Shown: one piece after another, positions 48,302 to 57,141 of the stretch | Layout: each line of letters begins with the position of its first letter | Position numbering within the stretch: position 1 is the first letter of the stretch | DNA from: a virus | Taxonomy: Duplodnaviria > Heunggongvirae > Uroviricota > Caudoviricetes | IMG/VR virus record: IMGVR_UViG_3300024269_000017 | DNA: 64,000 bases | Strand: one strand, 5' to 3' | The notes under the pieces: generated by a model | The model's database searches: none | What the model was told of the DNA's origin: nothing | Seen by the model: the letters and a program-made list of their open reading frames with translations, nothing else | Position numbers and translations under genes: made by a program

Positions 48302-50044
48302 TTAGTTCATAAACATCATTTCAGAAATTCTGCCTTTGCGTTTACGCTTTTTACTATCTTCCTCTTGTTTAATATAGTACAAGCCATATTCAAAAGCAGA
48401 GAACTTATCTTTCTTAATTGACTTATTAGCTTGCTTTAAAATGATGTTAACACCTTCGTTTTCTTCACGAAGATTCATCATCTCTTCCTTCAATATGGAA
48501 GTTAGAGTAAACGGTTTAAGATATTCCGCCCTCTCTTCAGGTTTCATATCTTGTCCACGCTTAGTTCCCATTAACTTAACTTTTGCCACACGTTCATCAA
48601 TCAGCATCTTTACTTTACCAGAAGATAACTGAGTTTGCGCATTCGCGTGAGCTTCAGTGTTAATAGGTGCATTGGCCTTAATAATATACATAGCATCAAA
48701 CTCACAGGCATCAGTGCGGAACTTCTTATAATAATTTTCTTCATCGTTCTCAACACCAAAGTCAGGATAAGTTTCATTAGTATCCGGATCAATTTGAGTT
48801 TTTACCATATAGTCAACAAGACCAATACCAAGACCATTACCGTCGATAACAATACGACGAGCCTTGTATTTATAGAACAACTTCTTCAATGCAATAGCTT
48901 GATCTTCAAAGTGTTCATCATGTAAAGTATAAATATTTACCAAAGTCTTTAATGATACACCCGCAGTCTGTGGTGTTACCTTAAATACACAAACTACAGT
49001 ATCGCAACCTTTACGACCTACGTCAACCGCAAGTACATAATACGCAGACTTCATAGATCTACCAGAATACTCGTATTCAGGCTGCTTTAAGATTCTATTA
49101 CGATCAAATTGCTCAGCACGGAAGAACGCATCTTCAATAGTGCCAGACCATTTAGATTCATACTCACGGTCAAAAGAGGACTCATTAAATGTACCGTCCA
49201 ATTTCAAGTCGCGCACAAAGTTCTTATCAAGTAATTTCATAAGAACAGGAATTCTCCAAGTACCACCCATAATACAAAACTTCTCCGGTTGCGTAATCTG
49301 TCCAACAAGCATTTGAATCAACTTATCATAAGCGAAAGTATTCTTCCAGCCCGCAGTTGTAACAAAGATCTGACTTTTATTCAGAACCTCTTGATCATCA
49401 GAAGTACCATCCGGCAATCTGCGAGAAACGTTCATAACTGGAATAATAACTTCGTTTAGGATAGTTCCATCTACGCCAACGCACTCCTCAACAAGTCCGC
49501 CATGTCGGCGCTTACCTCTTGATTTTTCGCTAGCACCCAAGTTATCAATATAAGAACCACTTCGGAAAATATATTTACAATAGTCTTTACCTTCTAATGT
49601 TTTACCACGGCCCCAGTCAATCTCTTTTGCGAAGCCCGGCACAAGAGTACAGATTTCCTGGACTTTTTCTTTCAAAATACCAGAAGCCTGTTCCTTACCA
49701 CCAGAAGTAACAAATAGTTTAGATCCCGCATATAGTACTGCACGAGTCATCAAAATCAAAACCGCAAGGAATGATTTTGAATAAGCACGCGGAAAGACCG
49801 CATACACGTATTTGTAACGCATAGCGGCCCGCAAAAATACTCGTTGATAAAAGAATAAGTTAAGCGTTTCCTTTGGAGGATTTGGCTGCCATTTACCTGC
49901 CATGAAGTCAACAAACATGTCAGGGTATTCGCGCCAATAGGCAATATACTAACGTGCGACCGGAATAACGGCCCGCACACGCTCTTCAGATAAACCAATT
50001 TTCTATCGGTCGTTTGAGAGGTTTAATAAGTCTTGTAAAGCCAT
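48302..50044 (-). CDS. terL: terminase large subunit (~580 codons) with 2 in-frame TAGs near N-terminus
   Basis: ORF 48302-49918 extends upstream in frame through TAG at 50003 and one further TAG to ATG 50042-44 behind GGAGGA RBS; size and position typical of terminase large subunit. Confidence 0.6.
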
Positions 50045-50045
50045 A

Positions 50046-51218
50046 TTATTCCTCCTTTAACATTTCCATCATCGTTAAGGCATCATCTTCAGCCTCTTGT
50101 TCTAAGAATTCATAGTGTTCGGCAAAGTCATCATCTTTCAATTCATCAAGAGAATCCATATCCATAATTTCATCTTCATCATCAATATCTTCATCTTCTT
50201 CGCGTTCGGCTTCGCGCTGCAATGCCTTAACCGCAGATTCGATAAGATTACCAAGATTCATCTCTTCAGTAACAAGAGTGTTAGTGTAGCCACGCAAGTC
50301 CGCAAGAGTTTCATCAACTCTATCCTTCGGCTTGTCGGTATAGAAACGAGGAATAAATCCCTCTTCTTTTTCACATAATAAAACCAGTTCAGAAATTGAG
50401 TTAACAAACTCGCCAGCCTCAGCCTTATTCTGAACCGCAGTAAATTTAGCGGATTTCATCAAAGCGTCATAAACCTTAGACATCTTTTGGAAACCTTCGA
50501 TGTCGCCCAAGTCAATCAGTTGATGAGCCTTGATTGAAGTTTTACAAATAAGCTTTAAATAGTCTTCATGAGATGGAGTCTGAATATCGAACGATTGCAT
50601 CATCTCTTGATAATACTTCTCTAACTGAACCCATTCATACGGTTTGTAGGTCTTGCCCCACTTAATCGCCAAGTAAGTTTTATCTTCTTCAGTTAGATCA
50701 TCTTCGAATCCCACTGGCTCAAAGGCATCAATCGGAGCAGGCTCCTCTCGTGTTGCTTCTAGTTCAGCGGGTCTTTCAGGTGTCCTGTTTGCGGCGAGAG
50801 CTTCCTCAATCTCTTCTCCAGTATAGCCTTGTCGAGCCATAACGTCTCGCTTCCGCGCATCCATTTCAGCCTTAATCTTTTCAGTATCTTCCCATGAATA
50901 ATTTTTGTATTGATTCAATTTCATTTTGGAAAGGTAACGACCCAAGATGGTCATACCAGTAACCTTGGTGCGGTCCTTGCCATAACGTTCAAGTAGAGTA
51001 TTCCATTCCTCTTCAATATAAGGAACATTGATCTCTTCCAAAATCCATAAATAAGTTTTCGGATTCCAATTGTCTACATGTCGAGTGATGCATTTCTTAC
51101 ATTCAGGTAATTTACCATCGTCGGGGTATCTATCCAACCGATTAGATGTGTAAAATTGATCAGTATCCATCGTTCGACCGCAGACCTTACAATAATAAGT
51201 TTTATTTAAGTCTGCCAT
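50046..51218 (-). CDS. Zn-ribbon protein with acidic C-terminus, possible terminase small subunit (390 aa)
   Basis: ORF track; CxxC...CxxC near N-terminus; immediately upstream of large terminase. Confidence 0.35.
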   Translation of the reverse strand: MADLNKTYYCKVCGRTMDTDQFYTSNRLDRYPDDGKLPECKKCITRHVDNWNPKTYLWILEEINVPYIEEEWNTLLERYGKDRTKVTGMTILGRYLSKMKLNQYKNYSWEDTEKIKAEMDARKRDVMARQGYTGEEIEEALAANRTPERPAELEATREEPAPIDAFEPVGFEDDLTEEDKTYLAIKWGKTYKPYEWVQLEKYYQEMMQSFDIQTPSHEDYLKLICKTSIKAHQLIDLGDIEGFQKMSKVYDALMKSAKFTAVQNKAEAGEFVNSISELVLLCEKEEGFIPRFYTDKPKDRVDETLADLRGYTNTLVTEEMNLGNLIESAVKALQREAEREEDEDIDDEDEIMDMDSLDELKDDDFAEHYEFLEQEAEDDALTMMEMLKEE

Positions 51219-51223
51219 TCACA

Positions 51224-52290
51224 TTACTCCTTTGCCTTCTTGTTCTTGGCATTCCGGCAACACTTACACAAAGAATACCATCCATCTCTTGAACCTTTGT
51301 TTATGGAAAAAAATCTTGAATGGGCTAACTTAATTTGCCCACACCTAGTACATTTCTTCCACTTCCCATATTCTTTTTCAGTATAATACCAGGTCAGCCA
51401 TTCATCTGTATAATAAGAGGCAATGAGCTTTGGAATTTTATTACGCCATAACGAAGAAATATATTCGAGCGAATGAGTGAAGCCGAATTCCTTTTCAATC
51501 ATTTCCTTGATATCAACATTAGATTGCCCGTCAATTTTATATTCTACAATACGACGGTATAAAGGATAGCCGGCAAGTGAATTATCTACTAATCTATCAA
51601 AGTCTTCCATCATATACCAGGTATCACCCTCGAACCTGCCATAGCATCCTTCTTTTAGTTTAGAATAATTGCATAAAATAGTGCTAATAACAACGGGATT
51701 GATAAAGGACACACCTTCATACTGGATTTCTCCATTTTCATCTACCCATTCATCCCATGGGAGTTTAATATAGTGTCCGATATTTCTTGTAATATTTCGC
51801 GCAACAATTGGTTGGCGGTAGGCGTTTTTAATAAGATATTGATCCTTCCGCAATTCGATAATAGTTGATTTGATAATATAGGCTGCTCGCCCAGTCGCAG
51901 TTTTAGACAGCTTTTCCCAATATGCTATGCTGTCGCGCAACTGACGTAATGGCTCAATTTCTTCTAAATCTTTTTTCGTAATTGTTACTTTCGGCTAAAA
52001 TATTACATTCTTATCGTTCGTTACTAAATTATATATACCATCTTCGCCATTCTCCAACTGGCCAACAAGACCCTCGAAAGATGTTTCTCGTTTATTGACA
52101 GTCGCCATACGGTTGTCGGTGAGAATCTTTCGCTCCTTCTTCTCTTGTTTCTCCATACAAAGAACCAAATAATCAGCAAGGATTTCCAGATATTGCTCGC
52201 TTGGGTCGGGAGTCTCTGTTAAAATCTATTTCACCAATTCATTTCGCTCTTGAGGAGATTCAATCGTATAATCTAGCTTGATTATAATAA
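51224..52290 (-). CDS. ~355-codon protein with C-terminal CxxC...CxxC Zn-finger and 2 in-frame TAGs; first gene of late operon
   Basis: ORF 51224-51940 continues upstream in frame through two TAGs to AGGAGG RBS near 52295; exact start codon unclear (TTG or ATT). Confidence 0.4.
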
Positions 52291-52311
52291 TCAACCTCCT
52301 TCTATGCCTCT

Positions 52312-52340
52312 ATTATACCACAAAAATTTTCATGAGTCAA
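52312..52340 (-). promoter_or_regulatory. late-operon sigma70-type promoter (TTGACT-17-TATAAT), divergent from early promoter
   Basis: minus strand reads tacTTGACTcatgaaaatttttgtggTATAATagaggcatagaAGGAGG. Confidence 0.5.
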
Positions 52341-52358
52341 GTAAAAAAGATCGCCCAT

Positions 52359-52387
52359 TTGAAAATTTAAAAAAAATTTGATATAAT
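52359..52387 (+). promoter_or_regulatory. first plus-strand promoter (TTGAAA-17-TATAAT)
   Basis: catTTGAAAatttaaaaaaaatttgaTATAATgtat upstream of 52419 gene. Confidence 0.5.
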
Positions 52388-52418
52388 GTATATAGAAATG
52401 ATAAAGGAGATGACTTCA

Positions 52419-52751
52419 ATGGTACAGAAGATCATTAGTCTGATTTTAATTGTGGCAATTGCGGTCGGTCTATTGTTTGTTGCAATTGGAGCAACCAAAG
52501 GCACAAGTTATTACATCGTGGATAAGGGGTACGCATTGAGCTATATCGATGAATATGCATTTGTACACGATGATGTATTCTGGTTTGTGTTGGGTGACCA
52601 GAGTGGCAAGATGGAGAGCATTACTGTATTTGTGAGTCCAAATTCTTGGTACCGCTATTCTGTAGGTGAGCGATACGGCGGACCAATTGAGAATTTTATT
52701 ACTTATGAAGGTGATGACAGCATTGCTCGTCACTTGGATGGGGTACACTGA
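52419..52751 (+). CDS. small membrane-anchored protein (~110 aa)
   Basis: AAAGGAGATGACTTCA-ATG; N-terminal hydrophobic helix; TGA stop overlapping next ATG. Confidence 0.5.
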   Translation: MVQKIISLILIVAIAVGLLFVAIGATKGTSYYIVDKGYALSYIDEYAFVHDDVFWFVLGDQSGKMESITVFVSPNSWYRYSVGERYGGPIENFITYEGDDSIARHLDGVH

Positions 52752-53149
52752 TGTTCATCCTTAACTCCGTCGGTAGCACGATTCTGCGCGCAGAAGAAAA
52801 ATTTATGCGAGAGGTTGCACCGACGATGGGACTAGAAAATCCCTTTAAGCGTAAACATAAAGTACTAGCGAGTATGTTTAAAGAGGTAAATACTGGCCAG
52901 TACAAAAGAGTCCCAGATGAAAAATTAGATTGGAGCGACTATCCTACAGAAGAAGAGTGCGCGCATTGGGAAAGAGAAAAAAACCACTATGTGGCGAAGC
53001 AAGTATTGCTTCGCCATGGATGGGTGGAACTACAGAAATTTGCGGAAAGCCGACATGTGGAAGAAGTGTTGAAAAGTTTACTGCCCTGTGAAGCAGAGAG
53101 TGGTCAATGTCACATGGATTGTTATATGAGAGGAGAATGTCATCTATAA
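52751..53149 (+). CDS. hypothetical protein (132 aa)
   Basis: ORF track; ATG overlaps previous TGA (TGATG). Confidence 0.5.
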   Translation: MFILNSVGSTILRAEEKFMREVAPTMGLENPFKRKHKVLASMFKEVNTGQYKRVPDEKLDWSDYPTEEECAHWEREKNHYVAKQVLLRHGWVELQKFAESRHVEEVLKSLLPCEAESGQCHMDCYMRGECHL

Positions 53150-53925
53150 TGAAATGGCAAGAAATGATTGGTCAAACTTTTAAGACATTAACTGTTATTC
53201 GGCGTCCTTCTAAAGAAGAGACACCTTGGAAGAGTCATTCGACACCACTGCTATGTAAATGCAATCAATGCGGCAAGGAAGCTATTTTGCGGAAAGAAGA
53301 TGTTGAAAAGGGTTGTGTTGATTGCAGAATCGCCGCAGGAGAAATTTCAGGTGGTAGAGGTCATCAAGCCTTAAAAATGGGAGATAGGTTTGGTAAATTA
53401 ACAGTGATTGAATATGATTTACCTTATAAAACCGCGGGTGGAAGATATACTTCTTATGTTAAATGTCAATGTGATTGCGGCAATGTGGTTTCAGTGCGAA
53501 AAGACCATTTAACTGGATATAAGCGCGGTAGCGATAGAGATGGATATAAATATACTGTATCGTGTGGCTGTTCTCAAGTATCTGCTGGTGAACTATACGT
53601 GCGGACAATGCTGCAAGATCTTGATGTAATATTTGAAGAGCAATATTCCATTGAAGAGCTGTCTACAGGTTTAAAGTTTGATTTTGCGGTTTTTGATTCA
53701 AATAGACAGTTATCTTATTTAATTGAATATGATGGAGAGCAGCATTTTAAGGCTGTTGAAGCATGGGGCGGAGAAGAAAAATTACAAATTCAAAAAGAGC
53801 GGGATGAGCGCAAGAACGTATACTGTAAAGAGCAAGGGATCCCTTTAATTAGAATTCCCTATACCGTTAAACTTTCCAATCTCACTTTTGATGATATATC
53901 TCCGTCTTCCAGATTTCAAATTTGA
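53149..53925 (+). CDS. Cys-rich Zn-ribbon repeats fused to C-terminal DUF559/Vsr-like endonuclease domain (~258 aa)
   Basis: GAGGAG RBS before ATG 53149; two CxCxxCG...CxxC repeats; C-terminus FDFAVFD...IEYDGEQH...ERDERKNVYCKEQGIPLIRIPY matches DUF559-like pattern. Confidence 0.5.
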   Translation: MKWQEMIGQTFKTLTVIRRPSKEETPWKSHSTPLLCKCNQCGKEAILRKEDVEKGCVDCRIAAGEISGGRGHQALKMGDRFGKLTVIEYDLPYKTAGGRYTSYVKCQCDCGNVVSVRKDHLTGYKRGSDRDGYKYTVSCGCSQVSAGELYVRTMLQDLDVIFEEQYSIEELSTGLKFDFAVFDSNRQLSYLIEYDGEQHFKAVEAWGGEEKLQIQKERDERKNVYCKEQGIPLIRIPYTVKLSNLTFDDISPSSRFQI

Positions 53926-54201
53926 TTTAGTGGGAATTGTGACCAGGTATAACCCCTTTTCTCTTTCAAAATAATTTTTTTCCCGAAAGGGTGCCCGGAG
54001 GGTGAATGTTGAATGGATTTACATACCAGAAAAAAATACAAGAGTACTGCCAGCATCTGGAACGCTCGTCGGGGCGTGCATGGTCGGCACGCCCCGAGTT
54101 TGCGCAATAAACCTGTCATGCAACAAAAGCGTCGCGAATGCATTGAATGCATCATGTTAAGTGTTATCCTAAAACTTAATAAAAAAAATTGTAAAAACCT
54201 A

Positions 54202-54230
54202 TTGACAAACGCGGTCAGTTGTAGTATACT
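54202..54230 (+). promoter_or_regulatory. early promoter P1 (TTGACA-17-TATACT)
   Basis: cctaTTGACAaac-N-TATACTataat with A-rich upstream tract. Confidence 0.6.
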
Positions 54231-54281
54231 ATAATCACAGCAAGGGACAAGAGCCCAGCTGAAAGAAAGGAAGTAACTACA

Positions 54282-54560
54282 ATGATGACTGCTGAAATGC
54301 TGATGACCATGCTGGAAACCCTCGAACAGGCTGGCGATGTTGAAATCCGTCGCGAATCCGACACTGAAATCTGTGTGGATTTCATCGACTTCATCGGCTT
54401 CGATGATGACTGGTGTGAGCAGTTCCGTGACTATACCATGCCTGAGCTGGTTGAGCAGGTGCAGGACATCATCGACGAGCTGGGCACTGGTGACTTCTAC
54501 CATGAAGTGGTGCTTGATGGTGTGGGCTTCATGTTCGGTTGTACCTCTTACGACATCTAA
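54282..54560 (+). CDS. very acidic small protein (92 aa, ~25 D/E), DNA-mimic candidate
   Basis: conserved leader aaaggaagtaactaca-ATG; TAA stop. Confidence 0.6.
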   Translation: MMTAEMLMTMLETLEQAGDVEIRRESDTEICVDFIDFIGFDDDWCEQFRDYTMPELVEQVQDIIDELGTGDFYHEVVLDGVGFMFGCTSYDI

Positions 54561-54641
54561 GAGGTCACCGAGCACGGGCCTAGCTAGCCAACAAACAAGA
54601 GACACAACAAATAATTAACAAAAATAATCTGTATAAACCTA

Positions 54642-54670
54642 TTGACAAACATCCTGAAACCTGCTATAAT
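54642..54670 (+). promoter_or_regulatory. early promoter P2
   Basis: TTGACAaac-17-TATAAT. Confidence 0.6.
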
Positions 54671-54708
54671 AGGTAGTGTCAAGGGAACAACGAAAGGAGA
54701 TCAAAGCA

Positions 54709-55017
54709 ATGTTTATCCTCATGAAGTATTCGAAGGTAGAAAGTACTCGCACTCGCACCGCCGCACACAGAGTAGGTCTGTTCCGCACTCGCAAAGGTGC
54801 AAACAGAGTGATGGCAAGGCTTCTGGAAGCAGAAAAAAAGAAGCCTGTACCTGCCACTTTCAAGGTGGAACATGAGTGCTATTACAGTACCCGCGCATTC
54901 TGGGATGCTGTTGCACAGATGTACTGGGGTTGGCAGGATCGCCGCTATGCCAAACTGTTGGCGAAGTTCGACCGCATCCAGCAGAAGCTCGAAGCCATGA
55001 GGAGGGCAAGAGGATGA
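54709..55017 (+). CDS. hypothetical basic protein (102 aa)
   Basis: AAAGGAGATCAAAGCA-ATG; TGA stop. Confidence 0.55.
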   Translation: MFILMKYSKVESTRTRTAAHRVGLFRTRKGANRVMARLLEAEKKKPVPATFKVEHECYYSTRAFWDAVAQMYWGWQDRRYAKLLAKFDRIQQKLEAMRRARG

Positions 55018-55136
55018 ACAGCGCAAGGTTTAAGAAGCTCGTCAAGAGGAAAGAAAAGCAAGTCTATGCACAGAGGAGGGAAGAGCGATCTTCCCCCTCG
55101 AAAAAAAAGATAAAAAAGTTTGCGGAAAAGGCTTGA
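55014..55136 (+). CDS. possible 40-aa Lys/Arg-rich peptide
   Basis: ATGA overlap with upstream stop; very basic; no own RBS; weak. Confidence 0.25.
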   Translation: MNSARFKKLVKRKEKQVYAQRREERSSPSKKKIKKFAEKA

Positions 55137-55161
55137 CAAATACCCTAAGACGTGCTATACT
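55133..55161 (+). promoter_or_regulatory. early promoter P3
   Basis: gcTTGACAaa-17-TATACT then gtgtcgaaagggacaag. Confidence 0.6.
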
Positions 55162-55202
55162 AATAGTGTCGAAAGGGACAAGACAAAACACAGAAAGAGG
55201 TA

Positions 55203-55646
55203 ATGAGAATGAAGATCTGGTTCGATATGGATGGTACGATTGCTGACCTGTATGCGGTTGATGGATGGCTTCAGATGCTCCGAGCTTACGACCCTGCACC
55301 CTACGCAATGGCAAAGCCCATGCACCACATGGCAACGCTGGCAAGGATGCTCAACAGGGCACAGGCACAGGGACACGAACTCTGCATCATCAGCTGGTGT
55401 AGCAAGGAAAGCACTCTTGCCTATGATGAAGCAGTCCGAGCCGCCAAGCTCGCATGGCTCGCCAAGCATCTGCCTTCTGTTCATTGGGATGTGGTGGAGA
55501 TCGTTCCCTATGGGCAGAACAAGTGGGACACCTGCAAGAGCGGCATTCTCTTCGATGATGAAGAGCGCAACCGCAACGCATGGGAACAGGGCAAGGCGTT
55601 CACTCCCGAAACTATCTTCGCCACTCTCTCTGCACTCACTCGCTGA
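55203..55646 (+). CDS. HAD-superfamily 5'(3')-deoxyribonucleotidase-like protein (147 aa)
   Basis: N-terminal KIWFDMDGTIADL DxD motif and later ILFDDE motif typical of NT5C-type nucleotidases; AAAGAGGTAATGAGA-ATG. Confidence 0.55.
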   Translation: MRMKIWFDMDGTIADLYAVDGWLQMLRAYDPAPYAMAKPMHHMATLARMLNRAQAQGHELCIISWCSKESTLAYDEAVRAAKLAWLAKHLPSVHWDVVEIVPYGQNKWDTCKSGILFDDEERNRNAWEQGKAFTPETIFATLSALTR

Positions 55647-55675
55647 GTGCAGAGAGCAACAAGAAAGAGAGGTAA

Positions 55676-55915
55676 ATGACTATGGGATTCAGTTATAATA
55701 GTTATAATAGTGATAACTCTGGATGCGCGACTGTGATTGCGGCGCTGATTGTGCTGGCGCTGGTCATCTTCGCTGGGCCATGGGTTGTGCAGATGGGATA
55801 CAATGCAGTAAAGCTGGACTTCAACCTGCCTGACCTGAACTACTGGCAGTTCTTCTGGGCTACCAATGCATTGCAGGTTATCTTCAAGACCAATGTTTCC
55901 AGTAAGAGCAAGTGA
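55676..55915 (+). CDS. small membrane protein (79 aa)
   Basis: AGAGGTAAATGACT RBS; hydrophobic core; co-transcribed with 55203 gene. Confidence 0.5.
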   Translation: MTMGFSYNSYNSDNSGCATVIAALIVLALVIFAGPWVVQMGYNAVKLDFNLPDLNYWQFFWATNALQVIFKTNVSSKSK

Positions 55916-55925
55916 TAAATGAAAT

Positions 55926-55960
55926 GCAGGATGACTCCACACATCCTGCATTTCTTTTCC
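55926..55960 (+). terminator. rho-independent terminator
   Basis: GCAGGATGactccacaCATCCTGC followed by TTTCTTTTCC. Confidence 0.6.
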
Positions 55961-56400
55961 CTCTGGCCGGCTGGTGCACGGGCGCCAAGTCTGTGCACCA
56001 GCCGTATTCCCGCACGCATAGGCCATGCATAATTATTCATCGACAATGCATAAACATACAAAAACAAGCCCCATCCCAAAACAGAGCCACTCTCGTCTTC
56101 GCTTGCGCGGGCGGAATTTCACCGCCGTGGATGTATGGGGTGGAGTGATCGCGTAGGCTAGGGGGACGATTTGAACGTCTCTTCTACTTGCGTAGCGTGC
56201 TAACCGAGCTGACACTACCCGTTCGCCGCGATCTGGAAGCTCTTGATACCTGCGAGAGTTTTGCCACCGAGTAATCGCGAATCCTCAGTGCCCGTAGTGG
56301 TTGTGCTTCCCTCAACCTCTGATAGTATTATACTACAAGAGGGATCAAATGTCAATACCTTTTTGCAGAAAAAGAAAAAAAAGTTTTTTTCAAAAACCTA

Positions 56401-56429
56401 TTGACATTCCTGCCCACCTATGCTATAAT
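56401..56429 (+). promoter_or_regulatory. early promoter P4
   Basis: aaaaagtttttttcaaaaacctaTTGACAttcc-N-TATAAT. Confidence 0.6.
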
Positions 56430-56486
56430 AGTCTCAGTTGGTGAGGGAAACACCGACAAGACAAAATGACAAAGGTGGTAATCACA

Positions 56487-57056
56487 ATGAATGCACTGGA
56501 ACTGATGGATCTCTACTACGACCGCATGTGCGCTTGCACTTCCACTTCTGGACGCAACAACAACTTCAAAAAGATGCTTGCTCTGTGGGAAGAAAATGAA
56601 GTTGTTCGTGCGGTTTGGACTTTTGTCAAGGATGCCTATTTCATCGTTGATCGGTTTGTCAAGGGCGTTGTTGACAAGGTAAAGTCTTTCTTTAAGCCGA
56701 CCGCAAACGTGGTTTACTCCTGCGACAAGGTAGAGGGCAATCAGCTTGTGTATCTCCTGCGGCTGCTTAATGAAGAGGGCAATCTGGTTTGGTCAAAGGT
56801 CGGCACGACCACCCGAACCATTGAAGAACGCATGAGCGAACACCTGCGCTACTATCGCAAGTATGGTATCAAAACGATCGAAGTTACTAAAGTTTGGGAT
56901 TGCGGAGAAGTTGACGCAGAAGGTTTGGAAAGTTTCCTGCGTTCCAAGTACATCCGCAAGCATCCGAACACTTTCCAGAAAAATGATCGTTTCTATCAAG
57001 TTGAGTTTGATCTGGAACAGGCTGAAAAGTGGGTTGACTTCTATCTGAACGATTGA
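56487..57056 (+). CDS. T5orf172 / GIY-YIG-like domain protein (~190 aa)
   Basis: LVYLLRLL...WSKVGTTTRTIEERMSEH...DAEGLESFLRSKY pattern resembles T5orf172 domain; GGTGG RBS 8 nt before ATG 56487 (an upstream ATG at 56466 is also in frame). Confidence 0.5.
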   Translation: MNALELMDLYYDRMCACTSTSGRNNNFKKMLALWEENEVVRAVWTFVKDAYFIVDRFVKGVVDKVKSFFKPTANVVYSCDKVEGNQLVYLLRLLNEEGNLVWSKVGTTTRTIEERMSEHLRYYRKYGIKTIEVTKVWDCGEVDAEGLESFLRSKYIRKHPNTFQKNDRFYQVEFDLEQAEKWVDFYLND

Positions 57057-57087
57057 AAAAAAAGTTTGTCAAGGGCGTAAAAACCCC

Positions 57088-57116
57088 TTGACAAACAGCC
57101 CAAGATGCTGTATAAT
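57088..57116 (+). promoter_or_regulatory. early promoter P5
   Basis: ccccTTGACAaacagcccaagatgctgTATAAT; spacer nearly identical to P11 and P15. Confidence 0.6.
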
Positions 57117-57141
57117 AGTTAATGTAAAGGAGGTCAAGAAC

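Noticed and set aside
720-48925. Plus-strand ORFs of 60-270 aa scattered through the late module (for example 720-935, 5346-5651, 38674-39225, 43296-43940, 44998-45468, 45248-45625)
   Set aside because: All are antisense to long, RBS-supported minus-strand genes and have low-complexity translations, which marks them as shadow ORFs.
12327-50044. Interpreting the fragmented late genes as a pseudogenised, decaying prophage
   Set aside because: Every interruption examined is TAG, none is TAA or TGA, and there are no frameshifts. RBS-coupled gene boundaries are intact and uninterrupted genes sit in between. This pattern is not what random decay produces.
52386-52418. ORF-track start at 52386 (MYIEMIKEM...) for the first plus-strand gene
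   Set aside because: The ATG at 52386 lies inside the -10 hexamer of the promoter. The AAAGGAG RBS supports the downstream ATG at 52419 instead.
53916-54605. Long minus-strand ORFs in the GC-rich early region (53916-54605, 55508-56026, 57888-58532, 60365-60919, 61119-61739, 61690-62445)
   Set aside because: They run antisense to promoter- and RBS-supported plus-strand genes, lack RBSs, and are what high-GC DNA yields by chance. They also span promoters and terminators.
56140-56240. tRNA (possible amber suppressor) suggested by a GACGTTCAAATCGTC T-arm-like hairpin on the minus strand
   Set aside because: I could not find a matching 7-bp acceptor stem, D-arm or anticodon arm. The neighbouring CTACGCAAGTAG is a GNRA tetraloop stem, not an anticodon loop. 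Left as a software check only.
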